DNA of 64,000 bases, from assembly GCA_963790475.1 (NCBI GenBank), contig CAWBOS010000012.1, positions 1,280,001 to 1,344,000 of the forward strand, in the 5' to 3' direction. A model generated the notes under the pieces. It searched no databases. It saw only the letters and a program-made list of their open reading frames with translations, and was not told the DNA's origin. This document shows, piece after piece, positions 28,314 through 38,943 of this stretch (the stretch's first letter is position 1; every line of letters starts with the position of its first letter). A program made the translations under genes and the position numbers. Source of the stretch: an uncultured delta proteobacterium. Lineage in GTDB: Bacteria; Desulfobacterota; RBG-13-43-22.

Positions 28314-29615
28314 CTACTTAGCCTTTTTGAAAACCCGTTTGAAAATCACATCCACATTTTTTAACATATGACCGAGGTTGAATAGTCCAGTCAGTTCCCT
28401 GGGGGTCAGCCATTGTTTTATCCTCGGGTCCTGCTTCAGCAACTCTTCAAAACTTTTCTCCCCGGCCCAGATCTTCATGGCATTTTCCTGCACGACCGGG
28501 TAAGCTTCTTCACGAGTTATTCCCTTTCTGGTCAAGGCCAACAGGATCCCTTCAGAAAAAATTAATCCTTTTGTTATCATAACATTTTTCTTCATGTTAT
28601 TTGGATAAATAATTAAATTACTTATAATATTTGTTAGTCTATTCAGCATATAATCCAGGAGGGTTGTGGCATCAGGACCGATCACCCGTTCCACGGAGGA
28701 GTGACTGATATCCCTTTCATGCCACAGGGCTTGGTTTTCCATGGCGGCCAGGGCATAACCACGGACCAGCCTGGACAAACCGGTCAGATTCTCCGAGGCA
28801 ATTGGATTTCTCTTATGGGGCATAGCCGAAGAACCTTTTTGTCCTTTGGAAAAGTATTCTTCCGCCTCCAAGACCTCCGTCCGTTGAAGGTGTCTGATTT
28901 CCACAGACATCTTTTCAATGGAACCGGCAATAACGGCCAAGGTGCAAAAATACTCGGCGTAGCGGTCCCGCTGAATGATCTGGCTGGAAGCGGGCGCGGG
29001 TTTGAGTCCCAAGCTGCGGCAGACATAGGCCTCAACCCGGGGGGAGATATGGGCGAAGGTCCCCACCGCCCCGGATATTTTGCCGACGGCAATGGTCTCC
29101 CGGGCCTGAATTAGACGGCGGAGATTACGGCCGGCCTCATCATACCAGAGGGCCATTTTCAACCCAAAGGTAATGGGTTCGGCATGAATACCGTGAGAAC
29201 GGCCGATCATGACTGTTTTTTTATGGGCCAGGGCCTGGTCCTTTAATACCGATTGCAGGACCTTCATATCCTCTATCAGGACCCCGGCGGCCTCCTTGAG
29301 CAGGACGGACATGGAGGTGTCCAATACATCGGATGAAGTCAGCCCCAGATGGATGTGGCGGCTGGCCGGACCCACATGTTCGGCGACATTGGTCAGGAAA
29401 GCGATGACATCGTGTTTGGTGATCTGCTCCAATTCTTCGATCTGCTCCACTGAAAAGCGGGCTTTCTTTTTGATTTGCTCCAGGTCCCGGGGAGGGATAT
29501 GACCCAGTCGGGAAAGGGCTTCACAAGCCAGAATTTCCACCTCAAGCCATTTCTGGTATTTATTCTGCTGACTCCAGATGTTGGCCATAACAGGACGGGT
29601 GTAACGAGGGATCAT
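28314..29615 (-). CDS. purB: Adenylosuccinate lyase
   Basis: MIPRY, GRSHGIHAEP, GSSAMPHKRNP. Confidence 0.96.
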   Translation of the reverse strand: MIPRYTRPVMANIWSQQNKYQKWLEVEILACEALSRLGHIPPRDLEQIKKKARFSVEQIEELEQITKHDVIAFLTNVAEHVGPASRHIHLGLTSSDVLDTSMSVLLKEAAGVLIEDMKVLQSVLKDQALAHKKTVMIGRSHGIHAEPITFGLKMALWYDEAGRNLRRLIQARETIAVGKISGAVGTFAHISPRVEAYVCRSLGLKPAPASSQIIQRDRYAEYFCTLAVIAGSIEKMSVEIRHLQRTEVLEAEEYFSKGQKGSSAMPHKRNPIASENLTGLSRLVRGYALAAMENQALWHERDISHSSVERVIGPDATTLLDYMLNRLTNIISNLIIYPNNMKKNVMITKGLIFSEGILLALTRKGITREEAYPVVQENAMKIWAGEKSFEELLKQDPRIKQWLTPRELTGLFNLGHMLKNVDVIFKRVFKKAK

Positions 29616-29630
29616 GAAAATCTCCATTGA

Positions 29631-29686
29631 AGGTATAAGGTATAAGGTATAAGGTTCAGGGTTCAGGGTTCAGGGTTCAGGGTTCC
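29631..29686. repeat. Heptamer tandem array (8 units)
   Basis: aggtata x3, aggttca, gggttca x3, gggttcc. Confidence 0.85.
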
Positions 29687-29854
29687 GAAGAGTTATTAAA
29701 CTGAATTGGTACTTGCCTGTCAATGAAAAATTGATTATCTTTGCTTAGAAAGGGTCCAAGGGGTCTAGGAGTCGAGGGTTCATGTGTTTCGGCTTCCGAG
29801 CTTTTATCTTGAAACCTTGATCCCTTGATCCCTTGAATCCTTTGTGATTTTTTT

Positions 29855-32800
29855 ATGGACGATAAGTTTTGGAATGAAGAGGTTGAGAGACTGAGCCGGA
29901 CCGGTCCCGGTCTCCAGACTGTGATTCAAGAAATCCTGGCCGGCCGTCTCCCTTTCCGGGTTGCCGGGCTGCAGGGATCGTCCCCGGCCTATTTTCTTCA
30001 TCAGACCTGGACCCGGGTCCGAAGACCGATGCTGGTGGTCTGTGCCGATCCGGAAGAGGCCCAAAACCTTTTTAAGGATCTGCTCTTTTTTGCCGGGCGG
30101 GACCCCGAAGAAATTCAATTTTTTTTACCGTCCCCCATTCTCTATTTCCCGGTTTATGAAACACCGGACTTTCGGGAATATGCCCCGCAAACGGATACCG
30201 TGGCCCAGCGACTGGCCTGCCTCTATTCTTTGCTCACCCGCCCCGGACCGATGCTCCTGATTACCTCGATTCAGGCCCTTCATTCGGCGGTCATGCCCAG
30301 GGAATTACTTTCAAGTCAGGTGGATTATCTGGTCCGCAAAGAAGAAACCGCCAGAGAGGAACTCCTGGCGCAGTTAGTCCGGTGGGGCTATTTAAGGACC
30401 CCGCTGGTCGAAGGGGTTGGGGACCTAAGTGTCCGAGGCGGGATCCTGGATATATTCCCTCCCCTCCACAGCCGTCCGGTCCGGGTCGAATTTTTCGGGG
30501 ACCAAGTAGATTCCATCCGGGAATTCAATCCTGCCACCCAGCGGTCGGTTCTGGACCTGGAGGAGTTGGTCCTTCTCCCGGTCAGCGAAATCCTTTGGGA
30601 CCCGGAAAGAATACACCTGGCCGGAGTTAGACTGGAGCAGGCCTTGAGTAAAGGGGCCATTGCTGAAAACGAAGCCTCCTGGCTTAAACATCGCCTGGAT
30701 CAAGGCCTCCCTTTTGAAGGGGGAGAACGTTGGTTGTCCTGGTTCTATGAAATACCGGGTTGTTTAAAAGAGTATCTGCCCCACGATTTTCTCTTAGTCT
30801 GGAATGACCCTTTGTCGTTGCAGCGGGGCATGCCGGCCGAAGCCCCCGATCCTCAAAAAAAGTTTTGGGACGGCTGGGAAGATGTTCCGGCTATTTCCCT
30901 GGAGAATTTGCCGGTTGAAACACCGGGGATGATAACCGGCCCTCTCTGGTCTTTATCGACCAAGGAAAATCAGGAGATCAGCCATATTATCCGGGAACAG
31001 TCTTCGTCCAAGGAGGGACTTCAAAAACTGGCGGCTTTCCTTTCCGCCTGGAAAGAACTGGAACAGGAAATCTGGATCATTGTTTCTCAAGATGCTCAAG
31101 CCAGACGACTGCGGGACATCCTCTCCTTCTATCAGATTGATGTCTCTTATTTCCCCGAACAGAAGCACCTGTTCGGCGGGCAAAACCCCGGTGTGCGTAT
31201 CCTGACCGGCCGTCTTTCGGGGGGGTTTCGAATGAAATCCCCATCCCTGATTTTCCTGACCGAGAAAGAGATCTTCGAGCCTAAAAAGGAGATCCGGAAA
31301 AAAGACCGGAAAGAGGATTTAGAGGCCTATATTACCTCGTTGGATGATCTGAAGGCCGATGACTTCATAGTCCATAAGGATCATGGTATCGGCTTGTACC
31401 GGGGCCTGCAATTTTTTAAATTGGACGGCTGGGAGGGCGAATTCCTATTTATTGAATATGCCGAAGGGGACAAGCTCTATATCCCGGTGGACCGGCTTCT
31501 GGGGATCCATAAATTTATAGGTCTGGAGGGACAGGTCCCTTCTCTGGACCGGTTGGGCGGGGCCGGATGGAAGAAGTCCAAAGCCAAAGTCAAAAAGGCC
31601 GTGGAGAAAATCGCCCAGGAATTGGTGGACCTCTATGCCCACCGGGCGGTCAGCAAGGGCTTTGCCTTTTCCGGCCGCGATCAGATGTTCAAGGAATTTG
31701 AGGCCGCCTTTCCCTATGAAGAGACCCCGGATCAACTGAGGGTAATCGAAGAAGTGCTGGGCGATATGGAGTCGGAAAAGCCCATGGATCGCTTAGTGTG
31801 CGGTGATGTGGGATACGGCAAAACCGAGGTGGCCCTGCGGGCCGCTTTTCGGGCGGTGCTGGATGGAAAACAGGTGGCGGTTTTGGTTCCGACCACGGTT
31901 TTGGCTGAACAGCATTATCAAACCATGTCCCGGCGTTTTGGGGGCTATCCGGTTGAAGTCCGGATCTTGAGCCGGTTCAAAAGCCCCAAGGAACAGAAAC
32001 AAACCCTGGCGGATCTGAAGGCCGGGAAAGTGGATATCGTGATCGGGACTCATCGATTGCTTCAAAAGGATATCCAATTCAGGGATCTGGGACTGATTAT
32101 CATTGATGAGGAGCACCGCTTTGGCGTTTCCCATAAAGAGCGGCTCAAGACCCTGAGGACCCAGGTGGATTGCCTGACCCTGACCGCCACCCCCATTCCC
32201 CGAACCCTGCAGCTGTCTCTGACCGGGATCCGGGATTTGAGCACCATAGAGACCCCGCCGGAGGACCGTCAATCCATCCGGACCCATATCATCCCTTTTG
32301 ATGAAGCCAAAATCGTTGAAGCAGTCCGGCGTGAACTTCAACGGGGCGGGCAGGTCTTTTTTGTCCATAACCGGGTCCATAATATTCAGTCCATGGCCTA
32401 TTTTTTGAAAAAGATTTTACCCGAGGTGCGGATCGGCGTCGGACATGGACAGTTGCCGGAAAGGGAATTGGAAAAGGTGATGCTCCAGTTTGTCCGCCGG
32501 GAATTGGATCTCCTGGTCTGTACGACGATAATTGAATCCGGGCTGGACATCCCTACGGCCAACACCATTATCCTCAATCAAGCCGACCGGTTTGGACTGG
32601 CCCAGATGTATCAGTTGCGGGGCCGGGTAGGGCGTTCACGGGAAAGGGCCTATGCCTACCTGGTTGTTTCCGGGGAGAGTACCCTGACCCGGGATGCCCA
32701 GAAACGTTTGAAGGTCCTGATGGATTTCAGCGAACTGGGGGCCGGGTTCAAGATCGCCCTTCACGATCTGCGGATACGCGGGGCCGGACATCTATTGGGC

Positions 32801-33346
32801 ACCAGCCAGTCGGGGCATGTAGCCGCTGTAGGCTATGAGATGTATATTCAGATGCTGGAACAGGCCATTAACGAATTAAAAGGGGGCGGTCCGGTCCCGG
32901 AGTGGGAGCCCGAAATTCGGCTTCGGGTCCCGGCCTTCATACCGGAAAAATACGTGCCGGACCCCGGACATCGGTTATCTTTGTACAAACGTTTAACTTC
33001 TTTGAAGACCGAAGATGAATTGGTCGATATGCGGGAGGAAATGGAAGACCGCTTCGGGTCGATTCCGGAAGCTTTAACCAATCTGTTACAGGTCTTGAAT
33101 ATCAAACAGAAGATGAGAACAATAGGAATAGAACGGATCGAGATCCTGGAAAACGATCTGGTTTTTTCTTTTTACCCTGGAGGAGCCTGGAAACCGGAGA
33201 GGCTGGTGGCCCTGGTCCAGCAAAACCCCCGAAGTTATCGTTTTAAAGGAGAAGGGAAGCTATACGTAACCTATAAAAGTGAAAAGACTGAATTGGAAAC
33301 CACTGGGGGGCTGCTGGAAGAGTTTGCTCTGCGGTTAATCGGGTAA
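29855..33346 (+). CDS. mfd: Transcription-repair coupling factor
   Basis: [38 protein letters not shown] domain. Confidence 0.97.
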   Translation: MDDKFWNEEVERLSRTGPGLQTVIQEILAGRLPFRVAGLQGSSPAYFLHQTWTRVRRPMLVVCADPEEAQNLFKDLLFFAGRDPEEIQFFLPSPILYFPVYETPDFREYAPQTDTVAQRLACLYSLLTRPGPMLLITSIQALHSAVMPRELLSSQVDYLVRKEETAREELLAQLVRWGYLRTPLVEGVGDLSVRGGILDIFPPLHSRPVRVEFFGDQVDSIREFNPATQRSVLDLEELVLLPVSEILWDPERIHLAGVRLEQALSKGAIAENEASWLKHRLDQGLPFEGGERWLSWFYEIPGCLKEYLPHDFLLVWNDPLSLQRGMPAEAPDPQKKFWDGWEDVPAISLENLPVETPGMITGPLWSLSTKENQEISHIIREQSSSKEGLQKLAAFLSAWKELEQEIWIIVSQDAQARRLRDILSFYQIDVSYFPEQKHLFGGQNPGVRILTGRLSGGFRMKSPSLIFLTEKEIFEPKKEIRKKDRKEDLEAYITSLDDLKADDFIVHKDHGIGLYRGLQFFKLDGWEGEFLFIEYAEGDKLYIPVDRLLGIHKFIGLEGQVPSLDRLGGAGWKKSKAKVKKAVEKIAQELVDLYAHRAVSKGFAFSGRDQMFKEFEAAFPYEETPDQLRVIEEVLGDMESEKPMDRLVCGDVGYGKTEVALRAAFRAVLDGKQVAVLVPTTVLAEQHYQTMSRRFGGYPVEVRILSRFKSPKEQKQTLADLKAGKVDIVIGTHRLLQKDIQFRDLGLIIIDEEHRFGVSHKERLKTLRTQVDCLTLTATPIPRTLQLSLTGIRDLSTIETPPEDRQSIRTHIIPFDEAKIVEAVRRELQRGGQVFFVHNRVHNIQSMAYFLKKILPEVRIGVGHGQLPERELEKVMLQFVRRELDLLVCTTIIESGLDIPTANTIILNQADRFGLAQMYQLRGRVGRSRERAYAYLVVSGESTLTRDAQKRLKVLMDFSELGAGFKIALHDLRIRGAGHLLGTSQSGHVAAVGYEMYIQMLEQAINELKGGGPVPEWEPEIRLRVPAFIPEKYVPDPGHRLSLYKRLTSLKTEDELVDMREEMEDRFGSIPEALTNLLQVLNIKQKMRTIGIERIEILENDLVFSFYPGGAWKPERLVALVQQNPRSYRFKGEGKLYVTYKSEKTELETTGGLLEEFALRLIG

Positions 33347-33351
33347 TGATT

Positions 33352-33586
33352 GCTCATAGCTCATGGCTGATAGCTCATAGGTAATGACTTCAAGATAAAA
33401 ACTGAAAGTCTAACATCACAATGATAATCTCATAAAAGGCCTCCAAAACCTGTCTTACCCCGAAGGCTGCAAACTTCAAGCCGATTTTCATCGAAATAGC
33501 AAGAAAATAAATTTTTGACGACCTTTTGCAAAACCATCAAATTTGATAGTCATTTTTCTATGAGTTATCAGCTATGGGCTGTCAGC
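33352..33586. repeat. Nested inverted-repeat element (heptamer outer arms, 20-bp inner arms)
   Basis: gctcata-gctcatg-gctgata-gctcata / ctatgagttatcagctatgggctgtcagc; inner 33422-33441 / 33520-33539. Confidence 0.7.
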
Positions 33587-33595
33587 TGTCCCGTC

Positions 33596-33623
33596 TTGAC
33601 AACTTCAAATCCATGATTATATT
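33596..33623 (+). promoter_or_regulatory. Putative sigma70 promoter of hsp20 pair
   Basis: TTGACA-16 bp-TATATT. Confidence 0.5.
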
Positions 33624-33653
33624 TTTCCCAAAAATATTACAGGTAAGGAGGGG

Positions 33654-34121
33654 ATGACGATGACTCTATGGAGATGGGGGTCGCCGAATACCTTTGGAAA
33701 CACCTTTCAGGAAGTGGAAAGACTGCAAAATGAAATGAATCGACTTTGGGGGATGGTATCGGGTACACCGGCCAGCACCGAGAGGGCGCGGATTTTTCCG
33801 CCGGTGGTGGTCAGTGAGGATAGCGACTATTTGTATGTGAGAGCCGAACTTCCCGGAGTGGAAACGAGCCATTTGGATCTTTCAGTAGTTAATGATCAAC
33901 TCATTTTAAGGGGTGAACGCAAGACCGTAGAAGAAGGGGAAAAGGTTAATTGTCACCGTAGGGAAAGAGAAGAAGGTATCTTCCGACGGGTAATTACCCT
34001 ACCCTCCAGGGTGAATACCGAAAAGGTGGAAGCCCGAACCAAGAACGGGATATTAACCATTAAATTGGCCAAGGCCGAGGAGGTCAAACCCCGACCGATT
34101 CAGATCCAGGTGGGGCAGTAA
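33654..34121 (+). CDS. Hsp20/alpha-crystallin small heat-shock protein
   Basis: AELPGV, RER..G.F.R, NGILTI.L.K, C-terminal IxI. Confidence 0.93.
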   Translation: MTMTLWRWGSPNTFGNTFQEVERLQNEMNRLWGMVSGTPASTERARIFPPVVVSEDSDYLYVRAELPGVETSHLDLSVVNDQLILRGERKTVEEGEKVNCHRREREEGIFRRVITLPSRVNTEKVEARTKNGILTIKLAKAEEVKPRPIQIQVGQ

Positions 34122-34134
34122 GTAATTTAACGAG

Positions 34135-34545
34135 GTGAAGACTATGACGGAAAAAGAAATGCAGTTCAGAGAAAAGCAGGAATTAAGGGGGTCGGGGGAA
34201 CCGACCAAAACCGGTCTGACTTTTATCCCGGCCGTCGATATTTTTGAAACGGAAGAGGCCCTGACCTTGATGGCTGAGATGCCGGGGGTCGACCAGGAGG
34301 GGTTACATCTTGATCTTAAAGACAATCAGATATCTATCCTGGGGGAAGTGGGAGAATCTCCCGGTCCTCAGGAAAGGACCCTGCTCAAAGAGTTTGAGAC
34401 AGGAAGATTCTTTCGGCAATTTAATTTGTCGGAGGTCATTGATCAGAATAAAATCAGCGCCCACCTCAAGAACGGGGTTCTGAAGGTGGTTTTGCCTAAA
34501 ATCGAAAAAGCCAAACCACGAAAGATTGAGGTTACGGTGGACTAA
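34135..34545 (+). CDS. Hsp20/alpha-crystallin small heat-shock protein
   Basis: PAVDIFE, EMPGV, NGVLKV.LPK, KIEV. Confidence 0.93.
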   Translation: MKTMTEKEMQFREKQELRGSGEPTKTGLTFIPAVDIFETEEALTLMAEMPGVDQEGLHLDLKDNQISILGEVGESPGPQERTLLKEFETGRFFRQFNLSEVIDQNKISAHLKNGVLKVVLPKIEKAKPRKIEVTVD

Positions 34546-34556
34546 CGATGCATCTG

Positions 34557-34639
34557 GACAGGATTTAGAGGATAATTAACTTTCGCCCTTTCCGGAAGAA
34601 AAGGCAGACATAGATCCTAATGATCCTGTTAATCTTGTC
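34557..34639. mobile_element. Short gene-less derivative of the GxxExxY element
   Basis: gacaggatttagaggat ... atcctgttaatcttgtc enclosing gccctttccggaagaaaaggc, matching the left-arm hairpin ccctttccggatgaaagggc. Confidence 0.7.
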
Positions 34640-34641
34640 AC

Positions 34642-34878
34642 CTATTTTTTTGCAGGAGCGGGCTTGGGTGCCGAATTAGAAGGTGCCGGGCCCGCATTTT
34701 TTTTGAGGACCTGGCTTTTCAGATATTGCCTCATCTTCCGGTCGGCCTCAAAGATTTCTTCCGCATCCGGACCGGAGATATTATAAGAATAGCCTTTTTT
34801 ATTGTCATGGAAAAGCCTGATCTGGAGGGCGGTGGTCAGGACCAAAGTGATCAGAATAAAAGAGGACATGATTTTCAT
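34642..34878 (-). CDS. Small hypothetical exported/membrane protein
   Basis: 78-aa ORF with hydrophobic N-terminus and Pro/Ala/Lys tail. Confidence 0.5.
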   Translation of the reverse strand: MKIMSSFILITLVLTTALQIRLFHDNKKGYSYNISGPDAEEIFEADRKMRQYLKSQVLKKNAGPAPSNSAPKPAPAKK

Positions 34879-35018
34879 GCTTTTTGGACCTTTCTAAAAA
34901 AGGGTAAACTTAAAGGGTCAAGGTTCAAGGTGTACGTTAAAACGGATCAATAATCTATAGTCTCGGAAAAGATTGAAGGATAAGGATCGGATTTCGTATC
35001 TAACCGAAAACCTTAAAC

Positions 35019-36113
35019 CTATATTTTAAATCTTTCCCTGGCCCTAATACTCACCTCGGCCAATAAAGCCAGGAGCTGCCTGGCCGTCTGTTCGGAAAGG
35101 GTTCCCATTCCGCAGGCCGGAGTGAGCAGGGCCTGGGTGTATAACCGGCCTTGATCGATTCCTTGACTGATCAGGTTTTCAAAAAGGGCGGCCAATCGGT
35201 CCAGCAGGCCGGAGGCCGTTTCTTTTCCGGTGAAGCCAGTAGTCGGGACCAGGCCCCAAGCCACGGCCTTTCCTTTTTCCAGGAATTTTTTAATCTCCCG
35301 AGGATAAAGTATAAAAGAAGATCCAAAATTAAAGGCATCTAAATTGATGATATCCAGGTCCAGAGAAAGCAGCAAGGACCAATCGGTATTGCCGCAACAA
35401 TGAAGACCGATCAGAGTTCCGACCTGCTCCCGAATGTGTTGTATGGTTTCTCCTAAAATTTTTATGACTTCATCTTTAGACAAGGGGGTGAAGGCCGAAC
35501 CATAACCGGAAAGAGAGGGTTCATCCAAAAAGATGATTGATTTCCGGTGTAAGTCTTCAAACTTTTTTACCTGATAAACGGCCTGCAAGGCCAACCCCCT
35601 GACCACCGTATCCATCAATTCCGGATCATGAATCAGAAACCGGTCAGAGGACAGTTTGACACTCAAACCCAGGGTAATGGGGCCTACGATCTGCCCTTTG
35701 ATATAGCGGACCGTAGAAGGAAGAGAGGGCAGGATCTCCAACAGCCGGTAAAACCCTGAGGCAAATTCCGGAAGAAGTGAAAAGAAAGAAAAATCGGAGG
35801 CCAAAAATTTTTCATAAAAAAGTAATAGGGCATCCGCCCGGTTACAGTCCGGATCATAAGATAAACTTTTCTGCGCAAGATCGGGTTGAAGACAGGGCAG
35901 GGGGGGACTATATTGGAGGACCATATCCTCCCGTGGGTCTTTCTGAACCAACTGGGGCCAAAAAGGGATCAAAGATTCCTGTGACAGGATTTCCCGACAG
36001 GCCTGTTCTGGTAAAAGAAAAGGAACGCTGCCGATTCCTGTGGCGCTGAAGGGGGCCAGGTCTTTCCAAAGGGTGTTTTGAGTCATTGGTTTCTTTTCGG
36101 ACATGAAAGGCAA
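35019..36113 (-). CDS. Cobalamin-independent methionine synthase-like (MetE C-terminal/URO-D fold) protein
   Basis: TGIGSVP, KGQIVGPIT, DEP, HCCG, TPACG zinc ligands. Confidence 0.75.
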   Translation of the reverse strand: MPFMSEKKPMTQNTLWKDLAPFSATGIGSVPFLLPEQACREILSQESLIPFWPQLVQKDPREDMVLQYSPPLPCLQPDLAQKSLSYDPDCNRADALLLFYEKFLASDFSFFSLLPEFASGFYRLLEILPSLPSTVRYIKGQIVGPITLGLSVKLSSDRFLIHDPELMDTVVRGLALQAVYQVKKFEDLHRKSIIFLDEPSLSGYGSAFTPLSKDEVIKILGETIQHIREQVGTLIGLHCCGNTDWSLLLSLDLDIINLDAFNFGSSFILYPREIKKFLEKGKAVAWGLVPTTGFTGKETASGLLDRLAALFENLISQGIDQGRLYTQALLTPACGMGTLSEQTARQLLALLAEVSIRARERFKI

Positions 36114-36186
36114 AGAGCATAGAGCAAAGGGTAGTGTGCTTTTCCGATTCCCTTTGAGCTTTCGGCTATAGGCTATGAGCTATATG

Positions 36187-36747
36187 CTATTTCACCCTTT
36201 CCATGTAATTCCCTGTTCGAGTATCAACCCGAATCCGGTCTCCCTCGGATATGAATAAGGGGACCTGGATAACGGCCCCGGTTTCCAAGGTAGCGGGCTT
36301 ATTCCCCCCGGTGGCTGTGTCTCCTTTGAATCCGGGTTCGGTGGCGGTTACCGTCAGTTCTACAAAGTTAGGTAATTCCAGACCCAGTGGTTCTTTATTG
36401 AAGTAGAGAAGCTTGATATTGATATTTTCCTGAAGAAACTGAACCTGGTCCCCTATCTGGTCTTTGGACAGATAAATTTGGTCATAGGTGACGTTGTCCA
36501 TAAAAACAAAGTTGTCCCCTTCCCGATAGAGAAACTGCATCTCTTTTTCTTCCATATCCGGACGTCCCACCTTTTCCCCGGAACGGAAGGTTTGATCGAC
36601 GACTCTTCCATTGATCATGTTTTTTAGTTTGGTTCGTACAAAGGCCCCACCCTTTCCCGGTTTGACGTGCTGGAAATCAACGATCAGGTAAGGCTTTCCT
36701 TCTATTTCGATTTTAAGCCCTTTTCGGAATTCGGCAGTGGAATACAT
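36187..36747 (-). CDS. efp: Elongation factor P
   Basis: HVKPGKGGAF, KPATLETG, VDTR. Confidence 0.97.
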   Translation of the reverse strand: MYSTAEFRKGLKIEIEGKPYLIVDFQHVKPGKGGAFVRTKLKNMINGRVVDQTFRSGEKVGRPDMEEKEMQFLYREGDNFVFMDNVTYDQIYLSKDQIGDQVQFLQENINIKLLYFNKEPLGLELPNFVELTVTATEPGFKGDTATGGNKPATLETGAVIQVPLFISEGDRIRVDTRTGNYMERVK

Positions 36748-36849
36748 AAAATTGGTTAACAAACCTCCTGGATAAAATTTTTGATAAGGTCTTTTCTAAT
36801 GACCAAAGCTTAGGTAGTTCAACCTTTCCGAGTAAGAAAAAAACTATTA

Positions 36850-37512
36850 TCAGGCCTTGTCTTCTTTTAGCTGGGAAAGCCAGCCGGTCAAGGTTGAAAG
36901 AATGTTGGAATCGGAGGGGACTACCTTTGGTGTTTCTTTTTCATTTTTGTTTTTTTCGGGGGTTGAAAGGGATGATTCTTCATTGGCGATTTGGGAATAG
37001 GGCTTGGTTTCCAAAACTCCCTGCGGGTGATTTGCAGGAACGGGGCAATCCGCCCCAGTCCGAAATTCCTCTTCGGGAAAAAGCGAGGGGACCGGGGTAT
37101 CGGCTTTTCCTACAGGATCTTCTTCCGGGTAATGGGAAAGGAGCTGAAAGAGTTGATGGAACCACTCCGACAATTTGTTTTCTTCACGGTGCCGGAGGTC
37201 TTTGGAGATTGAATCAAATATCGGAGCCAACTGATTTAATTCCTGAACCACGGTCTTTATTTCCGTCCGAGCCTCTTCCTTTTCCGACAGATCCAAATAG
37301 GATATGGCCATTCCCAGACGTAACCCCATATCCCCAGGGAAATAATTTAATCCCAGACGACAGAGTTCGAGAGATTGTTGAGGTTTTTTTTGAGCCCTGA
37401 AGAATTCTGCGATGGCTACAATTAACGGATAAGAAGGTTCTATCTCTATGGAAAGATTTTTTCTCTCCGGTTGTTGTTGACCGCCGTTACTTAGAATGGG
37501 TGCCAGTGACAT
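36850..37512 (-). CDS. Hypothetical TPR-like protein
   Basis: Helical segment with TPR-like spacing; overlaps the ftsB-like gene end. Confidence 0.5.
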   Translation of the reverse strand: MSLAPILSNGGQQQPERKNLSIEIEPSYPLIVAIAEFFRAQKKPQQSLELCRLGLNYFPGDMGLRLGMAISYLDLSEKEEARTEIKTVVQELNQLAPIFDSISKDLRHREENKLSEWFHQLFQLLSHYPEEDPVGKADTPVPSLFPEEEFRTGADCPVPANHPQGVLETKPYSQIANEESSLSTPEKNKNEKETPKVVPSDSNILSTLTGWLSQLKEDKA

Positions 37513-37831
37513 TTCGCGGTGCCTCCTTGGAATGGCCTTCATCGAGAAAAAATATAATTTCGTCAGGTTTAACTAACCCGAATTCCCTTCGGGCGACTTC
37601 TTCCAGATAGATGGGATCATGCTTGAGGCGGGAAATTTCTCTAAACATTTCCTCATTTTTCAAATTGAGTTGTTGATTAGAAAGGATCAGGGTTTCCCTT
37701 TTTTGGGCCAATAGCCTGATCTTCCCAACTTCTTGATATCCTTTAATAGTCAAAAAAAACAGAGCAACACAGAGCAAGATCGGGAGAAACCAAAAAGACC
37801 ACCTTTGGGTGAGCTTAAACATGAAGTTCAC
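37487..37831 (-). CDS. FtsB/DivIC septum formation initiator
   Basis: N-terminal TM, coiled coil, YLEEVARREFGLVKPDE. Confidence 0.85.
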   Translation of the reverse strand: MNFMFKLTQRWSFWFLPILLCVALFFLTIKGYQEVGKIRLLAQKRETLILSNQQLNLKNEEMFREISRLKHDPIYLEEVARREFGLVKPDEIIFFLDEGHSKEAPRNVTGTHSK

Positions 37832-38115
37832 GCTTGAATTCTCTCCAACGCCATCCTATCCCGGAATAAGATCGGTTCCCTTGCCGGGATTCTTCGCTTT
37901 TCCCGGTCGCTGAAAAAAAATATACTTTGATAATACACGGATTTTTATTAAAAATCCACTTTTATCTTTTTAAAGCAAAATGTGTCTTAGGTCAAGAGGA
38001 TTTATTGATAATTGGCCTGTTTGATTAAGAAAGGAAATTAGTCTATAATAACAAAATTATTTCACGAAATAACCTTAAGGGGAGAGGAAATCTTTTGCCT
38101 GGGAAAGGAAGGGAA

Positions 38116-38790
38116 ATGAAAAAGGGATTAGGATTTGGAATCTGTTTGGTAATGGGGATTTTACTGGTGGTCAGTTCTATTGCCCAGGAAGGCGTATTAT
38201 GGGTAGACAAATTTTCTGTTGGGAAGCAGTCTGGCGGCATTCCTGAAGGGTGGAGCTTAGAGAAAAAGACCGGTGAGCCTGAAATAAAAGTCGAACAAAC
38301 CGGGGATAATGCTTATGTCCATTTTCGTTCCGCCAATTCCTCCTTCGGCTTAAAGAAAGAAATGGATTTTTCCATCAAAGACTACCCCTATCTGAACTGG
38401 AAATGGAAAGTGACTCAACTGCCGGAAAAAGGAGATTTCTTAAAAAAAGAGACCGATGATCAAGCGGCCCAGGTCTATGTTATTTTCCCGCGCTTCCCGG
38501 CCAAGCTGAATACCGAAATTGTCGGTTATCTCTGGGAAAGCAACCGGAAGAACAAAGGGGCAGAGGGTGTAAGCCCGGCCTGGTCAAAGTCCAAGGTCAT
38601 TGTCCTTCAGGCCGGTCCAGAGAAGTTGAATCAATGGGTGCAGGAAAAACGGAATGTTTATGAAGATTATAAGAAGTTATTCAAGAAAGAACCGCCTAAG
38701 ACCGGCGGGATCTCCTTGTATATCAATACCCAGCATACTCAGGGCAAAGGGGAATGCTTTTTCAGTCAGATTTATTTTTCCAAGAATTGA
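38116..38790 (+). CDS. DUF3047-domain exported protein
   Basis: Signal peptide, P.LNWKWKV, DDQAA.VYV.F, KRNVYEDYK.LF. Confidence 0.75.
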   Translation: MKKGLGFGICLVMGILLVVSSIAQEGVLWVDKFSVGKQSGGIPEGWSLEKKTGEPEIKVEQTGDNAYVHFRSANSSFGLKKEMDFSIKDYPYLNWKWKVTQLPEKGDFLKKETDDQAAQVYVIFPRFPAKLNTEIVGYLWESNRKNKGAEGVSPAWSKSKVIVLQAGPEKLNQWVQEKRNVYEDYKKLFKKEPPKTGGISLYINTQHTQGKGECFFSQIYFSKN

Positions 38791-38943
38791 AACAGGCCTG
38801 AGGCTTGAGGCAAGAGGGATGAGGCGAGAAGGAATTCGAACTTGCCGATTTAGGAATGTTATTATGAGGTCCGCTGAAGGGGAGGCCGCCCTTTTTTAAA
38901 ATAACGCTTTTTGATTTTTGTGCCCCATGCTTCAGGCCTGCTT

